Positions 49,681 to 59,266 of a stretch of DNA of 64,000 nucleotides are shown here, one piece after another. The notes under the pieces are model-generated. The model saw only the letters and a program-made list of their open reading frames with translations. It was not told the DNA's origin and made no database searches. The translations under genes were made by a program, and so were the position numbers. This DNA comes from Candidatus Cloacimonadales bacterium (GTDB lineage: Bacteria > Cloacimonadota > Cloacimonadia > Cloacimonadales > JAFGVF01). Positions within the stretch are counted from its first letter, which is position 1, and every line of letters begins with the position of its first letter. The stretch is taken from the NCBI GenBank assembly GCA_963667035.1, contig OY762964.1, forward strand, positions 1-64,000. Direction: 5' to 3'.

Positions 49681-51942
49681 ATGAGATTTGTTCAGAAGTT
49701 AACAGTTTTGCTAATATTTATAATGTCTTTTTACACATTGATGGCAAGAACAGTAAAAAAAGATAACTCAGTCAAAAAGAGTAATATCAATCTGATAACC
49801 AATAATCCCGGTGATCCGGTATACATTGATTATAAGGTTAGAACAGATGATTACTATGCTCAGACTAAAGAAGGCAACATTTTTCAAGGGAATGCCGATC
49901 CTGTTTGGCAAGTTAAAGGACAGTTAGGTACATCTATCAATGAACAATCTTGGACAGAATGGGTTAGTATAGCAGATGCTCCCGGTTCTCAGGCATACAA
50001 AAACGGAGCTTGGTACAATCGTTCGTTGACTGAATGTTGGAGTGGGAAATCTCTTTCTAATGCAGATAATGTTTATATTAGAATCCAAGGTTATGAGAAT
50101 GAGGATTCAAATGTTCATTCATATTCAAGCACTAATGACAGCTATTATAGTACTGATACTGATGTACATACCAATCTATCTGATACAGTAACCAGAAATC
50201 AATGGAAAAACTATATCAATTCTGAATCAGGTAATGGTGATTACGTAGATTGTGGTTCAGGAAGTAATTATAATTACTATAAAGTAGAGTTTGATGTCTG
50301 GTGGAATTATTCACTACCCGTAAATCCCCAGTTTTCTATCATTAATCCAACAACAGATGGTTTCAGTATCAATCTAACTGACTTAAACAATTATAGAGTT
50401 ACTGAATGGGGATATCAGTTGAGTTGGGATCCTAGTTTTAACAATATAGCTTTTGCTGATGATTTCTTAACAAGTGACACTGAGATTATTCATGGATTAA
50501 GTAATAATACTACTTATTATGTCAGAATACGAGGATCAAATGAAGCAGGAACAGGTGCATTTACATCTGGGATGAGTTTTCAAACAGCACCATTACATGC
50601 TACTCATATATTCCCTATGGATAGTACTTCGGATATGCCAAAGCTGGTTACAGTGAATTGGAGATATCATGGAGAAGGAAATCCTCTTGGATTTAAAGTT
50701 TTTCAAAATAATATACAAGTGGGGAATGATATTGATTGGAATGGTAATAATCTTTATTCTCAAAGGCTAAACAATGGTAACTGGGGAGAAACAATAGATT
50801 GGAGTATTGTACCATATAATGAATCCGGAGTATGTGATACTCCAGTTACAAGTAGTTTTACTATCATGAATGAACCGGAAAATTCTCATGACGTTCCTGC
50901 TTCTGTTGTTTATACAGAGATTAACGATTATACCGGTACTAATCCTGATCCTATAACTTTACCTTCAATTGATTTGGGAGAAGGAGATGTAAATCCTTCA
51001 ATTGATCTTAGTTTCGATGAAAGTGTCTTTGATTTTACTTCTGAGATACGAGTATTGGATCAACCAATAAATCCATTACCACAATCATCCAATTGTGCGA
51101 CTGCAATTTTAGTAGATTTACCTGTGTATGTTTCATCAACTTTAACTCTCAATTATAACGGTAGTACAATACCTTCCGAATTAGTTCATTGGAATGGATC
51201 ATATTGGGAGGATGTTACAGTCTCAGCAGGAGCTGTGTTTAACATAGGAATGGTAACATTTACTTGGACTTCTACCGGACGAGGAATAGAGGAATTTGCT
51301 GTTAATAATGGAGAAGCATCAACTTTACCGATTATTCTTTCATCATTTACTGCTGCAGCTATTCAGTCTGATTATGTTCAGATTGATTGGATTACTCAAT
51401 CTGAAGCAAATCTGTTAGGATTTGATGTTTACAGAAATTCCACAAGTGAAGTTCGAGATGCAATTAAACTTAACGGTGAACTTATAAATGCCAATAATTC
51501 TTTAATCGAAAAGCATTACAGTTATACTGATAGTGAGATAGAGAAAGAATGTACTTATTACTATTGGCTATCTACTCATGAGTTTGACGGGACATTAAGT
51601 TATCATGGGCCGATTGAAGTTAAGATTGCTGACGATGATAATGAAGAATTACCGGAAATAGAATTATCTACCAAAGTGATTGGTAATTATCCTAATCCGT
51701 TTAATCCAACAACCAATATTCAGTTTTCAATATGTGAAGAATCGAATGTTATTGCGAAGATATATAATAGTAAAGGGCAGCTAATTTTAGATTATGGGAT
51801 TAACAAGTATGCTGAAGGTAAACATTCAATATTCTGGGATGGAAGAGATAGTAATAAAAGAGCAGTAGCTTCCGGTATCTATTTTGTTAACATTAAAATT
51901 GGTAAAACTAGTTTTATCCATAAAATGACTATGATAAAATAA
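49681..51942 (+). CDS. Secreted FN3-containing protein with LPI.LSSF domain and CTD
   Basis: Signal peptide; GLSNNTTYYVRIRGSNEAG; TLPIILSSF; GNYPNPFNP...HKMTMIK. Confidence 0.85.
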   Translation: MRFVQKLTVLLIFIMSFYTLMARTVKKDNSVKKSNINLITNNPGDPVYIDYKVRTDDYYAQTKEGNIFQGNADPVWQVKGQLGTSINEQSWTEWVSIADAPGSQAYKNGAWYNRSLTECWSGKSLSNADNVYIRIQGYENEDSNVHSYSSTNDSYYSTDTDVHTNLSDTVTRNQWKNYINSESGNGDYVDCGSGSNYNYYKVEFDVWWNYSLPVNPQFSIINPTTDGFSINLTDLNNYRVTEWGYQLSWDPSFNNIAFADDFLTSDTEIIHGLSNNTTYYVRIRGSNEAGTGAFTSGMSFQTAPLHATHIFPMDSTSDMPKLVTVNWRYHGEGNPLGFKVFQNNIQVGNDIDWNGNNLYSQRLNNGNWGETIDWSIVPYNESGVCDTPVTSSFTIMNEPENSHDVPASVVYTEINDYTGTNPDPITLPSIDLGEGDVNPSIDLSFDESVFDFTSEIRVLDQPINPLPQSSNCATAILVDLPVYVSSTLTLNYNGSTIPSELVHWNGSYWEDVTVSAGAVFNIGMVTFTWTSTGRGIEEFAVNNGEASTLPIILSSFTAAAIQSDYVQIDWITQSEANLLGFDVYRNSTSEVRDAIKLNGELINANNSLIEKHYSYTDSEIEKECTYYYWLSTHEFDGTLSYHGPIEVKIADDDNEELPEIELSTKVIGNYPNPFNPTTNIQFSICEESNVIAKIYNSKGQLILDYGINKYAEGKHSIFWDGRDSNKRAVASGIYFVNIKIGKTSFIHKMTMIK

Positions 51943-51985
51943 ACTCTCTGAACGATTAAGTTGTATCTCACTTAACTGTGGATAC

Positions 51986-52024
51986 ATGTTAAGGGCTGTT
52001 GAATATATCATCAGCCCTTTACAT
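51986..52024. terminator. Bidirectional terminator hairpin
   Basis: AAGGGCTG...CAGCCCTT between convergent genes. Confidence 0.65.
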
Positions 52025-52038
52025 ATATGCTAAGCGTA

Positions 52039-53190
52039 TTAATCAATTAGTTTTCTTCTAATATCTAGTGGTATTCTGGAAAGAATTTCGTAGTTAACTT
52101 GTTGACTTATTTCGCTAAACGAATCAACAGATATGGACAAATTATCTTGAGAACCTACTATTATTACTTCGTCACTTGTTTTTACTTTATCCAGATTTGA
52201 GACATTTGCTATAATCATGTTCATGTTAACAAGACCTATTACTCCACATCTTACTCCATGAATCAAAACTCTTCCGTGATTACTCAGCGATCTACTGTAT
52301 CCGTTTGAATAACCTACCGGGATAATGGCAATTGTCATATCTTCCTGAGCTAAAAATGTTGTACCATAGCTTATAAACTCACCTGTTTTTACTTTCTTTA
52401 CACTCATAACTTTTGTTTTCCAACATATAACTCTCTGGAGAGGATCTTTTATTGATTTATTACGACTAACATATCTTAAATAGGTTTCTTTATTAGACCA
52501 AAATCCATACTGCATAATTCCGATACGTACCAAGTTAAAGCGTGCTTCAGGATAGCTAAAAGCACCTGCTGAACAAGCTATATGATAATATTCGGGAAAT
52601 ATCTCTTTGTTATGGAGTTTCTTTAATCTCAATTTGAAAGTATTAATCTGCTTTTTTACCCTAACATGGTTAGCAATACTTTCCGCACCAGCCAGATGTG
52701 AACAAACTCCTTTTACTACTAAATGCTTACTCTTTTCCACTATCATATCTAGGGCTATATTAAGTTCTCTTGAGTTTAACCCGGTTCTGTTTAAACCTGT
52801 CTCAATTTCAATATGTATTTTGGCTTTAATTTGCAGTTTCTCAGATATCTTTATTGATTGCTTGAGTCTTTCCAAGTTGAATACAAAGAACTCAAATCCT
52901 TTTATAATAGCATCTTCCAAATCATTATCATCAATCCACCCCATAATCATTATGTCTGAGGAATCTGATAGCACTTTATAAGCTCTTATAGCTTCTGTAT
53001 AGCTGAAAACGGAGAAGTGATTAATACCATTTCTCTCAGCTTCTTTAGCAAACAATTCTATCCCATGTCCATAAGCGTTAGCTTTTATTACGGAGGATAT
53101 CCGAATACTATTCCCCATAGCATCTTTCAAAAAGTTTATGTTGTTTCTAATTGCATTACGACTTAACAGTATTTCAGTTGATGAACTCAT
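52039..53190 (-). CDS. alr: Alanine racemase-family PLP enzyme
   Basis: VIKANAYGHG (PLP Lys), IETGLNRTG, VRIGIMQYG, ISYG, PVGYSNG. Confidence 0.85.
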   Translation of the reverse strand: MSSSTEILLSRNAIRNNINFLKDAMGNSIRISSVIKANAYGHGIELFAKEAERNGINHFSVFSYTEAIRAYKVLSDSSDIMIMGWIDDNDLEDAIIKGFEFFVFNLERLKQSIKISEKLQIKAKIHIEIETGLNRTGLNSRELNIALDMIVEKSKHLVVKGVCSHLAGAESIANHVRVKKQINTFKLRLKKLHNKEIFPEYYHIACSAGAFSYPEARFNLVRIGIMQYGFWSNKETYLRYVSRNKSIKDPLQRVICWKTKVMSVKKVKTGEFISYGTTFLAQEDMTIAIIPVGYSNGYSRSLSNHGRVLIHGVRCGVIGLVNMNMIIANVSNLDKVKTSDEVIIVGSQDNLSISVDSFSEISQQVNYEILSRIPLDIRRKLID

Positions 53191-53191
53191 A

Positions 53192-54325
53192 TTATCCCTT
53201 TATAAGACATTCCTTGTAGATTTGATAAAAAATCTCAACACCCGTAAATATGATTTCGTCTGGGAAATCATATTCTGGATTATGTAGGTTAGCATGTTCT
53301 ACTCCGGCACCAAGCCCAAAAAAGGTACCTTTGTATTTGTTTGTGAAGTATGCGAAGTCTTCTGACCATTTGAAAGGTGTGCTTAGAATTTCTTTTTCTA
53401 ATCCTAGCTTGTTGCAGGCATTACTCAATACCTCAAAACTATCGTTATCATTTATTACAGCAGGGAATATCTCTCTATAACTAATCTCCGATTCCAAATG
53501 TTCCTCAAGACAAACTTGTCTAACTATTGCTTCCGAATCACTTACTAATTTCTGCATATCTTTATTAGTTGCTGAACGAAGAGTTAGCATGAACTCTGCA
53601 TACCCGGGAGTTGTCCCGAAAGCTATCTCGCCTAATTTAATATGAATAATGGTTAAGAGTGTAAAATCATCATATCGTGATTTATCTATATTGAGATTAT
53701 TAAATCGGCTAATCAACTTCTCAATTGCATGAACAGGACTATTCCCATTTTCCGGTTCAGCCGCATGTGAAGTTTTCCCTATGAGTTTGATAATCATGCC
53801 TCTGGAAGCACACGCAAAGCTATCTCTTTTCAATAAAATTGTCTTAAGTTTATATCCGGGGACATTATGCAGACCGAATACCCTATTCGGTTTTATGGCT
53901 TTAAAATCTGGATTGTTAACAATAAGTTTTGCTCCCTCACCGGTTTCTTCAGCAGGTTGAAACAGTAATACAACTTTTCCTTTATCGGGAGGATCTTTGG
54001 CTATTCTTGAAGCTAAACCGTAAAGGATAGTCATGTGCCCATCATGACCACAACAGTGACTTACATTAGGAGATTTTGAGCAATAATTAGTCTTGCAGTT
54101 CTCTTGAATTGGCAAGGCATCCATATCTGCCCTAAACATTATGGTATCTCCTACCTTATTGCTATCCCAAATTGCAGCAAATCCATAGTCAAAACAAATA
54201 ACGTTATCCGGATTTAACTCGTGGATATATTCCTTAAGTATGTTTGAAGTTTCTTTCTCAAAGTGAGATAATTCTGCAGTCTGATGCAAAAGATGTCTTA
54301 ATTGTTTTAATTTTCTTTTCTTCAT
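53192..54325 (-). CDS. M20D-family amidohydrolase
   Basis: FRADMDALP, HCCGHDGH, FQPAEE, GLHN, SHAA, SEDF, LHNPEYDF. Confidence 0.92.
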   Translation of the reverse strand: MKKRKLKQLRHLLHQTAELSHFEKETSNILKEYIHELNPDNVICFDYGFAAIWDSNKVGDTIMFRADMDALPIQENCKTNYCSKSPNVSHCCGHDGHMTILYGLASRIAKDPPDKGKVVLLFQPAEETGEGAKLIVNNPDFKAIKPNRVFGLHNVPGYKLKTILLKRDSFACASRGMIIKLIGKTSHAAEPENGNSPVHAIEKLISRFNNLNIDKSRYDDFTLLTIIHIKLGEIAFGTTPGYAEFMLTLRSATNKDMQKLVSDSEAIVRQVCLEEHLESEISYREIFPAVINDNDSFEVLSNACNKLGLEKEILSTPFKWSEDFAYFTNKYKGTFFGLGAGVEHANLHNPEYDFPDEIIFTGVEIFYQIYKECLIKG

Positions 54326-54380
54326 ATTCTCATTTGATTAAATTCCGATTAACAAGTCTAAACAAGCACAATTCTTAAAT

Positions 54381-54422
54381 AAAAAAAAGCACTCTAACTC
54401 CATTTTAATAGAGTTAGAGTGC
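54381..54422 (-). terminator. Strong intrinsic terminator in the 5' region of the amidohydrolase-alr operon
   Basis: GCACTCTAACTC-10 nt-GAGTTAGAGTGC followed by T8 on the minus strand. Confidence 0.85.
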
Positions 54423-54911
54423 CTAAAAGTTTGCTACAAAGTAACTAATTTCTATACCATAAATTATAGTATAACTCATTGCCTTTAAAAAGACCCTGAA
54501 TAAACCACAGTTCTATTGCAAGTTTTTCAATTATGCTTTCCTTATTATGGAATGCTAACATATCGACTGCAGTAGAAACATCCGATAGCTCACATCCCAA
54601 GTAATCACAGAATCTACTTCACATTCATACTCAAAATATAATTATGAATTAAAACAAGTCAAATGATTCTTTTCTATTATCCTAAGTCTAATAATGGGGA
54701 TGACAATAAATCTAAACTGGCTGCAAATGCATCAGTTTTCGCAAATTGCAAAAGAATTAGGGTAAGGATATTATCAATAGCTCTAAAACATTTGACAAGA
54801 TAGAATAGTCTGGAAAAGTATTGCTTTTTTAGTGAATGCCAAATTCCCGTCCATCAATTCGGGGTAAAATAGAGCTTATTCGCTTGATAATTTTTAAGAA
54901 ATGGAGTTGTT

Positions 54912-55871
54912 ATGAAGATATTAATTACAGGTGGAGCAGGATTTATCGGTTCTCATCTGGCTGAAAAATTGCTTAGTCAAGGACATAAAGTTCATGTTAT
55001 TGACAATCTTTCAACTGGAAGGCTTGAAAACATTGCTCATTTAAAATCTAACCCTAATTTTTCTATCACAATTGGAACAATCTTAAACTATGATTTGATG
55101 GATGAGTTAATAAACGGTTGCGATCAGATATATCACATGGCGGCCGCAGTTGGTGTTAAATACATAATTGAAAATCCCCTTTTATCTCTTCAGACAAATG
55201 TTGTTGGAAGTGAGTATATACTTGAATTAGCTAATAAGTATAAAGCTAAAGTACTTGTTACCTCTACAAGTGAGATATATGGCAAAAGTGAGAACATTCC
55301 TTTTGCTGAGAAAGATGACAGACTTTTAGGCTCAACCCATATTAGTAGATGGGGTTACAGTACTGCTAAAGCAATTGATGAGTTCTTTGCTTTAGCTTAT
55401 TATAGAGAGAAGAAACTTCCTGTAGTTATCGTTAGATTGTTTAATACTGTCGGTCCCAGACAAACCGGTCAATATGGTATGGTTGTTCCTAAATTCGTTA
55501 AAGCTGCCTTATTAAATCAACCAATGGTTATATACGGAGATGGTAAGCAATCTCGCTGTTTTACTGATGTTGATGATGTTAGTAGTGCCATTATTAAGCT
55601 TATGGAAACTCCTGAGTGTGAAGGCGAGATTTTCAATGTAGGAAGCACAAACCCAATCTCTATTGAAGCATTAGCAGTAAGAGTTAAGGAAATGGTCAAT
55701 AGTAAATCCAGAATTGAATATATGAAATATGAGGATGTATTTGAAGAAGGATTTGAAGATATGAGAGATAGAATGCCTGATATAACAAAAATTAAAGAAT
55801 ACATCGGTTATGAACCAAAGCATGATTTAGAAGCAATTATTACAAGGATAGTTGAATATTATGAAAAATAG
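54912..55871 (+). CDS. NAD-dependent nucleotide-sugar epimerase/dehydratase (extended SDR)
   Basis: ITGGAGFIGSH, TSTSEIYG, YSTAK, RLFNTVGPRQ. Confidence 0.92.
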   Translation: MKILITGGAGFIGSHLAEKLLSQGHKVHVIDNLSTGRLENIAHLKSNPNFSITIGTILNYDLMDELINGCDQIYHMAAAVGVKYIIENPLLSLQTNVVGSEYILELANKYKAKVLVTSTSEIYGKSENIPFAEKDDRLLGSTHISRWGYSTAKAIDEFFALAYYREKKLPVVIVRLFNTVGPRQTGQYGMVVPKFVKAALLNQPMVIYGDGKQSRCFTDVDDVSSAIIKLMETPECEGEIFNVGSTNPISIEALAVRVKEMVNSKSRIEYMKYEDVFEEGFEDMRDRMPDITKIKEYIGYEPKHDLEAIITRIVEYYEK

Positions 55872-57300
55872 AGTTTTCCTTCTTTTACCCCTCTTTTTAG
55901 GATTAATTACATTTATTTCTGCACTTCCTATCACAGTCAATGTTGTTGGGTATGTTAGGCAACCGGGTGTTGTTATTTTGGATAATAATAATAGAGTATC
56001 AGATGCTATATTAATGGCTAATCAGCTTCCTAATCAACAGTTTTTAAACGAATCTGATGATGAGCTTTACACAAGTGAAGATATGGAGAAGCTTCTTGAT
56101 GAAAGACAGGAAGAAATCATTGCTACAACTCAAGGTGAAGAAAAACCTTCAATAATGAGTAAGACTTTACTTGATCAAAAAGTGCTGAGTTTCGATAATC
56201 TACCATCAAAGATGTCTTTGCGAAAAGTGAAGCTTGTTAGAAATGGAGATGAACAAATTTTAGATATACTTAGCTATTTTAGATTAGGTAGTACGGATAA
56301 CAACCCATATTTAATGGACGGAGATGTGTTAATTGTTCCATGTAAAGATATGGAAGTTAGTCTTAACGGTAGTTGGAACCAAGTGCAAAAACTTGAGTTA
56401 GCCGAGGGAGATAAATTATCGGATATAGTAGCTCTTGGTCTGGGACTTCAATCAGAAGCCGATATGAATAGAGCTTTTGTTTACAGATTTACAGAAGATT
56501 TAACTTCAAGAACAACTATTCCAATAAATATATCTAATGCAATAGAGAATCCAGGCTCTATTGATGACATTGAGTTACATAATGGCGATGAAATCTATGT
56601 CTTTAAAAGACCTAAATATGTTGGGAAAGAATATGTAACTATAGAAGGTATGCTCAAATATCCTGGAAAATACCCAATTAATAATGGACAGATGAGTCTG
56701 CTTGAATTACTCGAAAAAAGTGGTGGTCCTTCTGAACGAGGAGATTTATCACTTGCTTATGTCCTTGATTCTGAGCTTAATACTGCTGAAGATGAAGACT
56801 ATAATAGACTTAAAAGAATGTCCCCTGCGTCAATGTCAGATTCAGAGTATGGATATTTTATTTTACGCCTGAGAGAGATGAAAGGTAAGTATTCTGTTGA
56901 TTTGAAAAAACTTTGGGAAACAAAAGATAGCAAATATGATACATACATAAAACCCGGTACATATATTTATGTTCCTGAAAAGATGGATAAAATTATTGTG
57001 TCCGGTCATGTAAAGAATCCGGGTATTTATGATTATGAGGAAGGATTGACTTGGAAAGAGTGGATTGATAGAGCCGGAGGTAAGATTAAACAAAGCAGAA
57101 TTAGCAAATCAAGAATCATTGATGCTAAGACCGGTCATTGGATAAAGCCAAAGAAAAACACTATTGTTAATGCCGGTGATATGGTATTTGTTCCGCAAGT
57201 ACAAGATCGTTCATTATGGACAGACACTCAGAAAGTTATTGCTTTCTCATCGCAGATTATTACAATTATTTTGGGTATAAATTCACTTACATCGAATTAA
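55861..57300 (+). CDS. SLBB-domain polysaccharide export protein (Wza/KpsD-like)
   Basis: Repeated VVGYVRQPG / IEGMLKYPG / VSGHVKNPG units, L.DGD.L.VP. Confidence 0.82.
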   Translation: MKNRVFLLLPLFLGLITFISALPITVNVVGYVRQPGVVILDNNNRVSDAILMANQLPNQQFLNESDDELYTSEDMEKLLDERQEEIIATTQGEEKPSIMSKTLLDQKVLSFDNLPSKMSLRKVKLVRNGDEQILDILSYFRLGSTDNNPYLMDGDVLIVPCKDMEVSLNGSWNQVQKLELAEGDKLSDIVALGLGLQSEADMNRAFVYRFTEDLTSRTTIPINISNAIENPGSIDDIELHNGDEIYVFKRPKYVGKEYVTIEGMLKYPGKYPINNGQMSLLELLEKSGGPSERGDLSLAYVLDSELNTAEDEDYNRLKRMSPASMSDSEYGYFILRLREMKGKYSVDLKKLWETKDSKYDTYIKPGTYIYVPEKMDKIIVSGHVKNPGIYDYEEGLTWKEWIDRAGGKIKQSRISKSRIIDAKTGHWIKPKKNTIVNAGDMVFVPQVQDRSLWTDTQKVIAFSSQIITIILGINSLTSN

Positions 57301-57321
57301 ACATTCTCTAGGAGTTAAAAA

Positions 57322-58425
57322 ATGAAAGTACCTTTATTAGACTTACATGCACAGTATGCACCGATAATGGATGAAATTAGAAAAGAGATGGATAAGGTTT
57401 TTGATAGCCATTGGTATATTCTAGGACCAAGCGTTAAAGAGTTTGAGGCTAAAGTTCAAGAATATCTTGATGCAAAATGTGCTATTGGCTGTGCATCAGG
57501 AACAGACGCTTTGATTCTAGCTTTGAAAGCTTTGAATATTGGCGAAGGCGATGAAGTGATTACAACTCCATTTACATTCTTTGCAACTGCCGGAGCAATT
57601 GCTCGTGTAAACGCTACTCCTGTATTTGTTGATATACTCCCTGATACTTTTAATATTAATACTGAACTCATTGAAGCAAAGATTACGGATAAAACAAAGG
57701 CAATTATGCCTGTTCACTTGTTTGGTCAAGCCAGTGATATGGATGCCATTATGAAGATCGCTAAGAAACATGATTTAAGAGTTATCGAAGATAATGCTCA
57801 AGGCATCGGTTGCACTTATGACGGAAAAGCTGCGGGAACTATTGGTGATATCGGAACTCTCTCTTTCTTCCCAAGTAAGAACTTAGGAACGATGGGTGAC
57901 GGAGGTATGTGTTTAACTAATAATGAACAAGTAGCTGATAATCTTAAACAGTTACGTGTTCATGGAGAAAAACCTAAATATATCCACAAATGGGTTGGTC
58001 TCAATAGTAGGCTCGACTCTCTTCATGCAGCGGTTCTCAAAGTTAAGCTTGAATACCTTGAAGGTTGGTCTGAAGCCAGAAGAAAGAATGCAGATTACTA
58101 CTACGAGAATCTTGCAGATGTAAAAGGTATTAAGTTACCTGTGATTGCTCCTAAAGCTGTGTCAATATATAACCAATTCACTCTACAAGCAGAAAGAAGA
58201 GATGAACTCATGGAGCACCTCAAAGCAAATGACATAGGTTGTGCTGTATATTATCCGCTTCCATTACATCTACAAGAATGTTTTGCTGAGTTAGGTTATA
58301 AAAAAGGGGATATGCCAGTGTCTGAAGAAATGGCAGATAAAGTACTCTCCATTCCAATCTATTCAGAGTTATCAAGAGAACAGCAAGATTTTGTGATTGA
58401 AAAGATTAAAGAATTTTATAAATAG
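57322..58425 (+). CDS. DegT/DnrJ/EryC1/StrS sugar aminotransferase
   Basis: ASGTDAL, PVHLFGQ, EDNAQ, SFFPSKNLG, NSRLD. Confidence 0.95.
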   Translation: MKVPLLDLHAQYAPIMDEIRKEMDKVFDSHWYILGPSVKEFEAKVQEYLDAKCAIGCASGTDALILALKALNIGEGDEVITTPFTFFATAGAIARVNATPVFVDILPDTFNINTELIEAKITDKTKAIMPVHLFGQASDMDAIMKIAKKHDLRVIEDNAQGIGCTYDGKAAGTIGDIGTLSFFPSKNLGTMGDGGMCLTNNEQVADNLKQLRVHGEKPKYIHKWVGLNSRLDSLHAAVLKVKLEYLEGWSEARRKNADYYYENLADVKGIKLPVIAPKAVSIYNQFTLQAERRDELMEHLKANDIGCAVYYPLPLHLQECFAELGYKKGDMPVSEEMADKVLSIPIYSELSREQQDFVIEKIKEFYK

Positions 58426-58440
58426 ATTTAAGGTAAGAAA

Positions 58441-59223
58441 ATGAATATTATTGTATGTATTAAGCAAGTACCGGATACTACTGAGATTAGGATTAATCCG
58501 GAAACTAATACACTTATGCGCGATGGTGTAGAAAGCATTATCAATCCTTTTGATCTTTATGCTATTGAAGAGGCCATAAGACTTAAAGAACAGTATGGTG
58601 GTAAAATTACTGCTATAAGTATGGGACCACCTCAAGCTGAAATTGCTTTACGTGATTCAGTTGCTTTAGGTATTGATGAGATAGTTCTTTTATCAGACCG
58701 TAAGTTTGCCGGAGCAGATACATGGGCAACAAGTCTAACTTTAGCTGCAGCAGTAAAAAAGGTTCAGGATTATGATTTGATACTTATGGGACAGCAAGCT
58801 ATTGATGGAGACACTGCTCAAGTAGGTCCCGGTGTTGCTGCTCATCTTGGTATCCCTCAATTGTGTTTTACCAGAAAGATTGAAAAAGTGGAAGATAGCA
58901 AACTTATTGCCCAAAGATTAATGGAAGATGGATTTGATCGAGTTGAGATTCCTTTACCTGCAGTTATGACTGTTGTGAAAGAAATCAATGAGCCTAGACT
59001 CCCATCTCTGAGAGGTAAAAGGAATGCTCGTAAAGCAGAGCTTGTTACATGGAATGCAGATGATCTTGGTCTTGATGAAAAAGATATTGGTCTAAATGGT
59101 TCTCCTACACAAGTAGTTGGTATCTTCACTCCTAAGTTTGAGAAGAAAGTGGAGAAGTTTGAAGGTGAAGCTGCAGAAGCAGTTGATTTAATTGTTAAAC
59201 GTTTAAAAGAACTCACAAACTAA
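58441..59223 (+). CDS. etfB: Electron transfer flavoprotein beta subunit
   Basis: VCIKQVPD, INPFDLYAIEEA, AGADTWATS, GQQAIDGDTAQVG, NEPRLPS. Confidence 0.95.
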   Translation: MNIIVCIKQVPDTTEIRINPETNTLMRDGVESIINPFDLYAIEEAIRLKEQYGGKITAISMGPPQAEIALRDSVALGIDEIVLLSDRKFAGADTWATSLTLAAAVKKVQDYDLILMGQQAIDGDTAQVGPGVAAHLGIPQLCFTRKIEKVEDSKLIAQRLMEDGFDRVEIPLPAVMTVVKEINEPRLPSLRGKRNARKAELVTWNADDLGLDEKDIGLNGSPTQVVGIFTPKFEKKVEKFEGEAAEAVDLIVKRLKELTN

Positions 59224-59232
59224 TAAAGGATT

Positions 59233-59258
59233 CGGGACGGCTTAGCCCGTCCCTTTTT
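59233..59258 (+). terminator. Terminator after etfB
   Basis: GGGACGG-cttagc-CCGTCCC followed by T5. Confidence 0.8.
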
Positions 59259-59266
59259 GTTTTCTT

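Noticed and set aside
54810..54825. Sigma54-like TGGAAAAGTATTGC before the epimerase
   Set aside because: GG-GC spacing is 9, not the required 10
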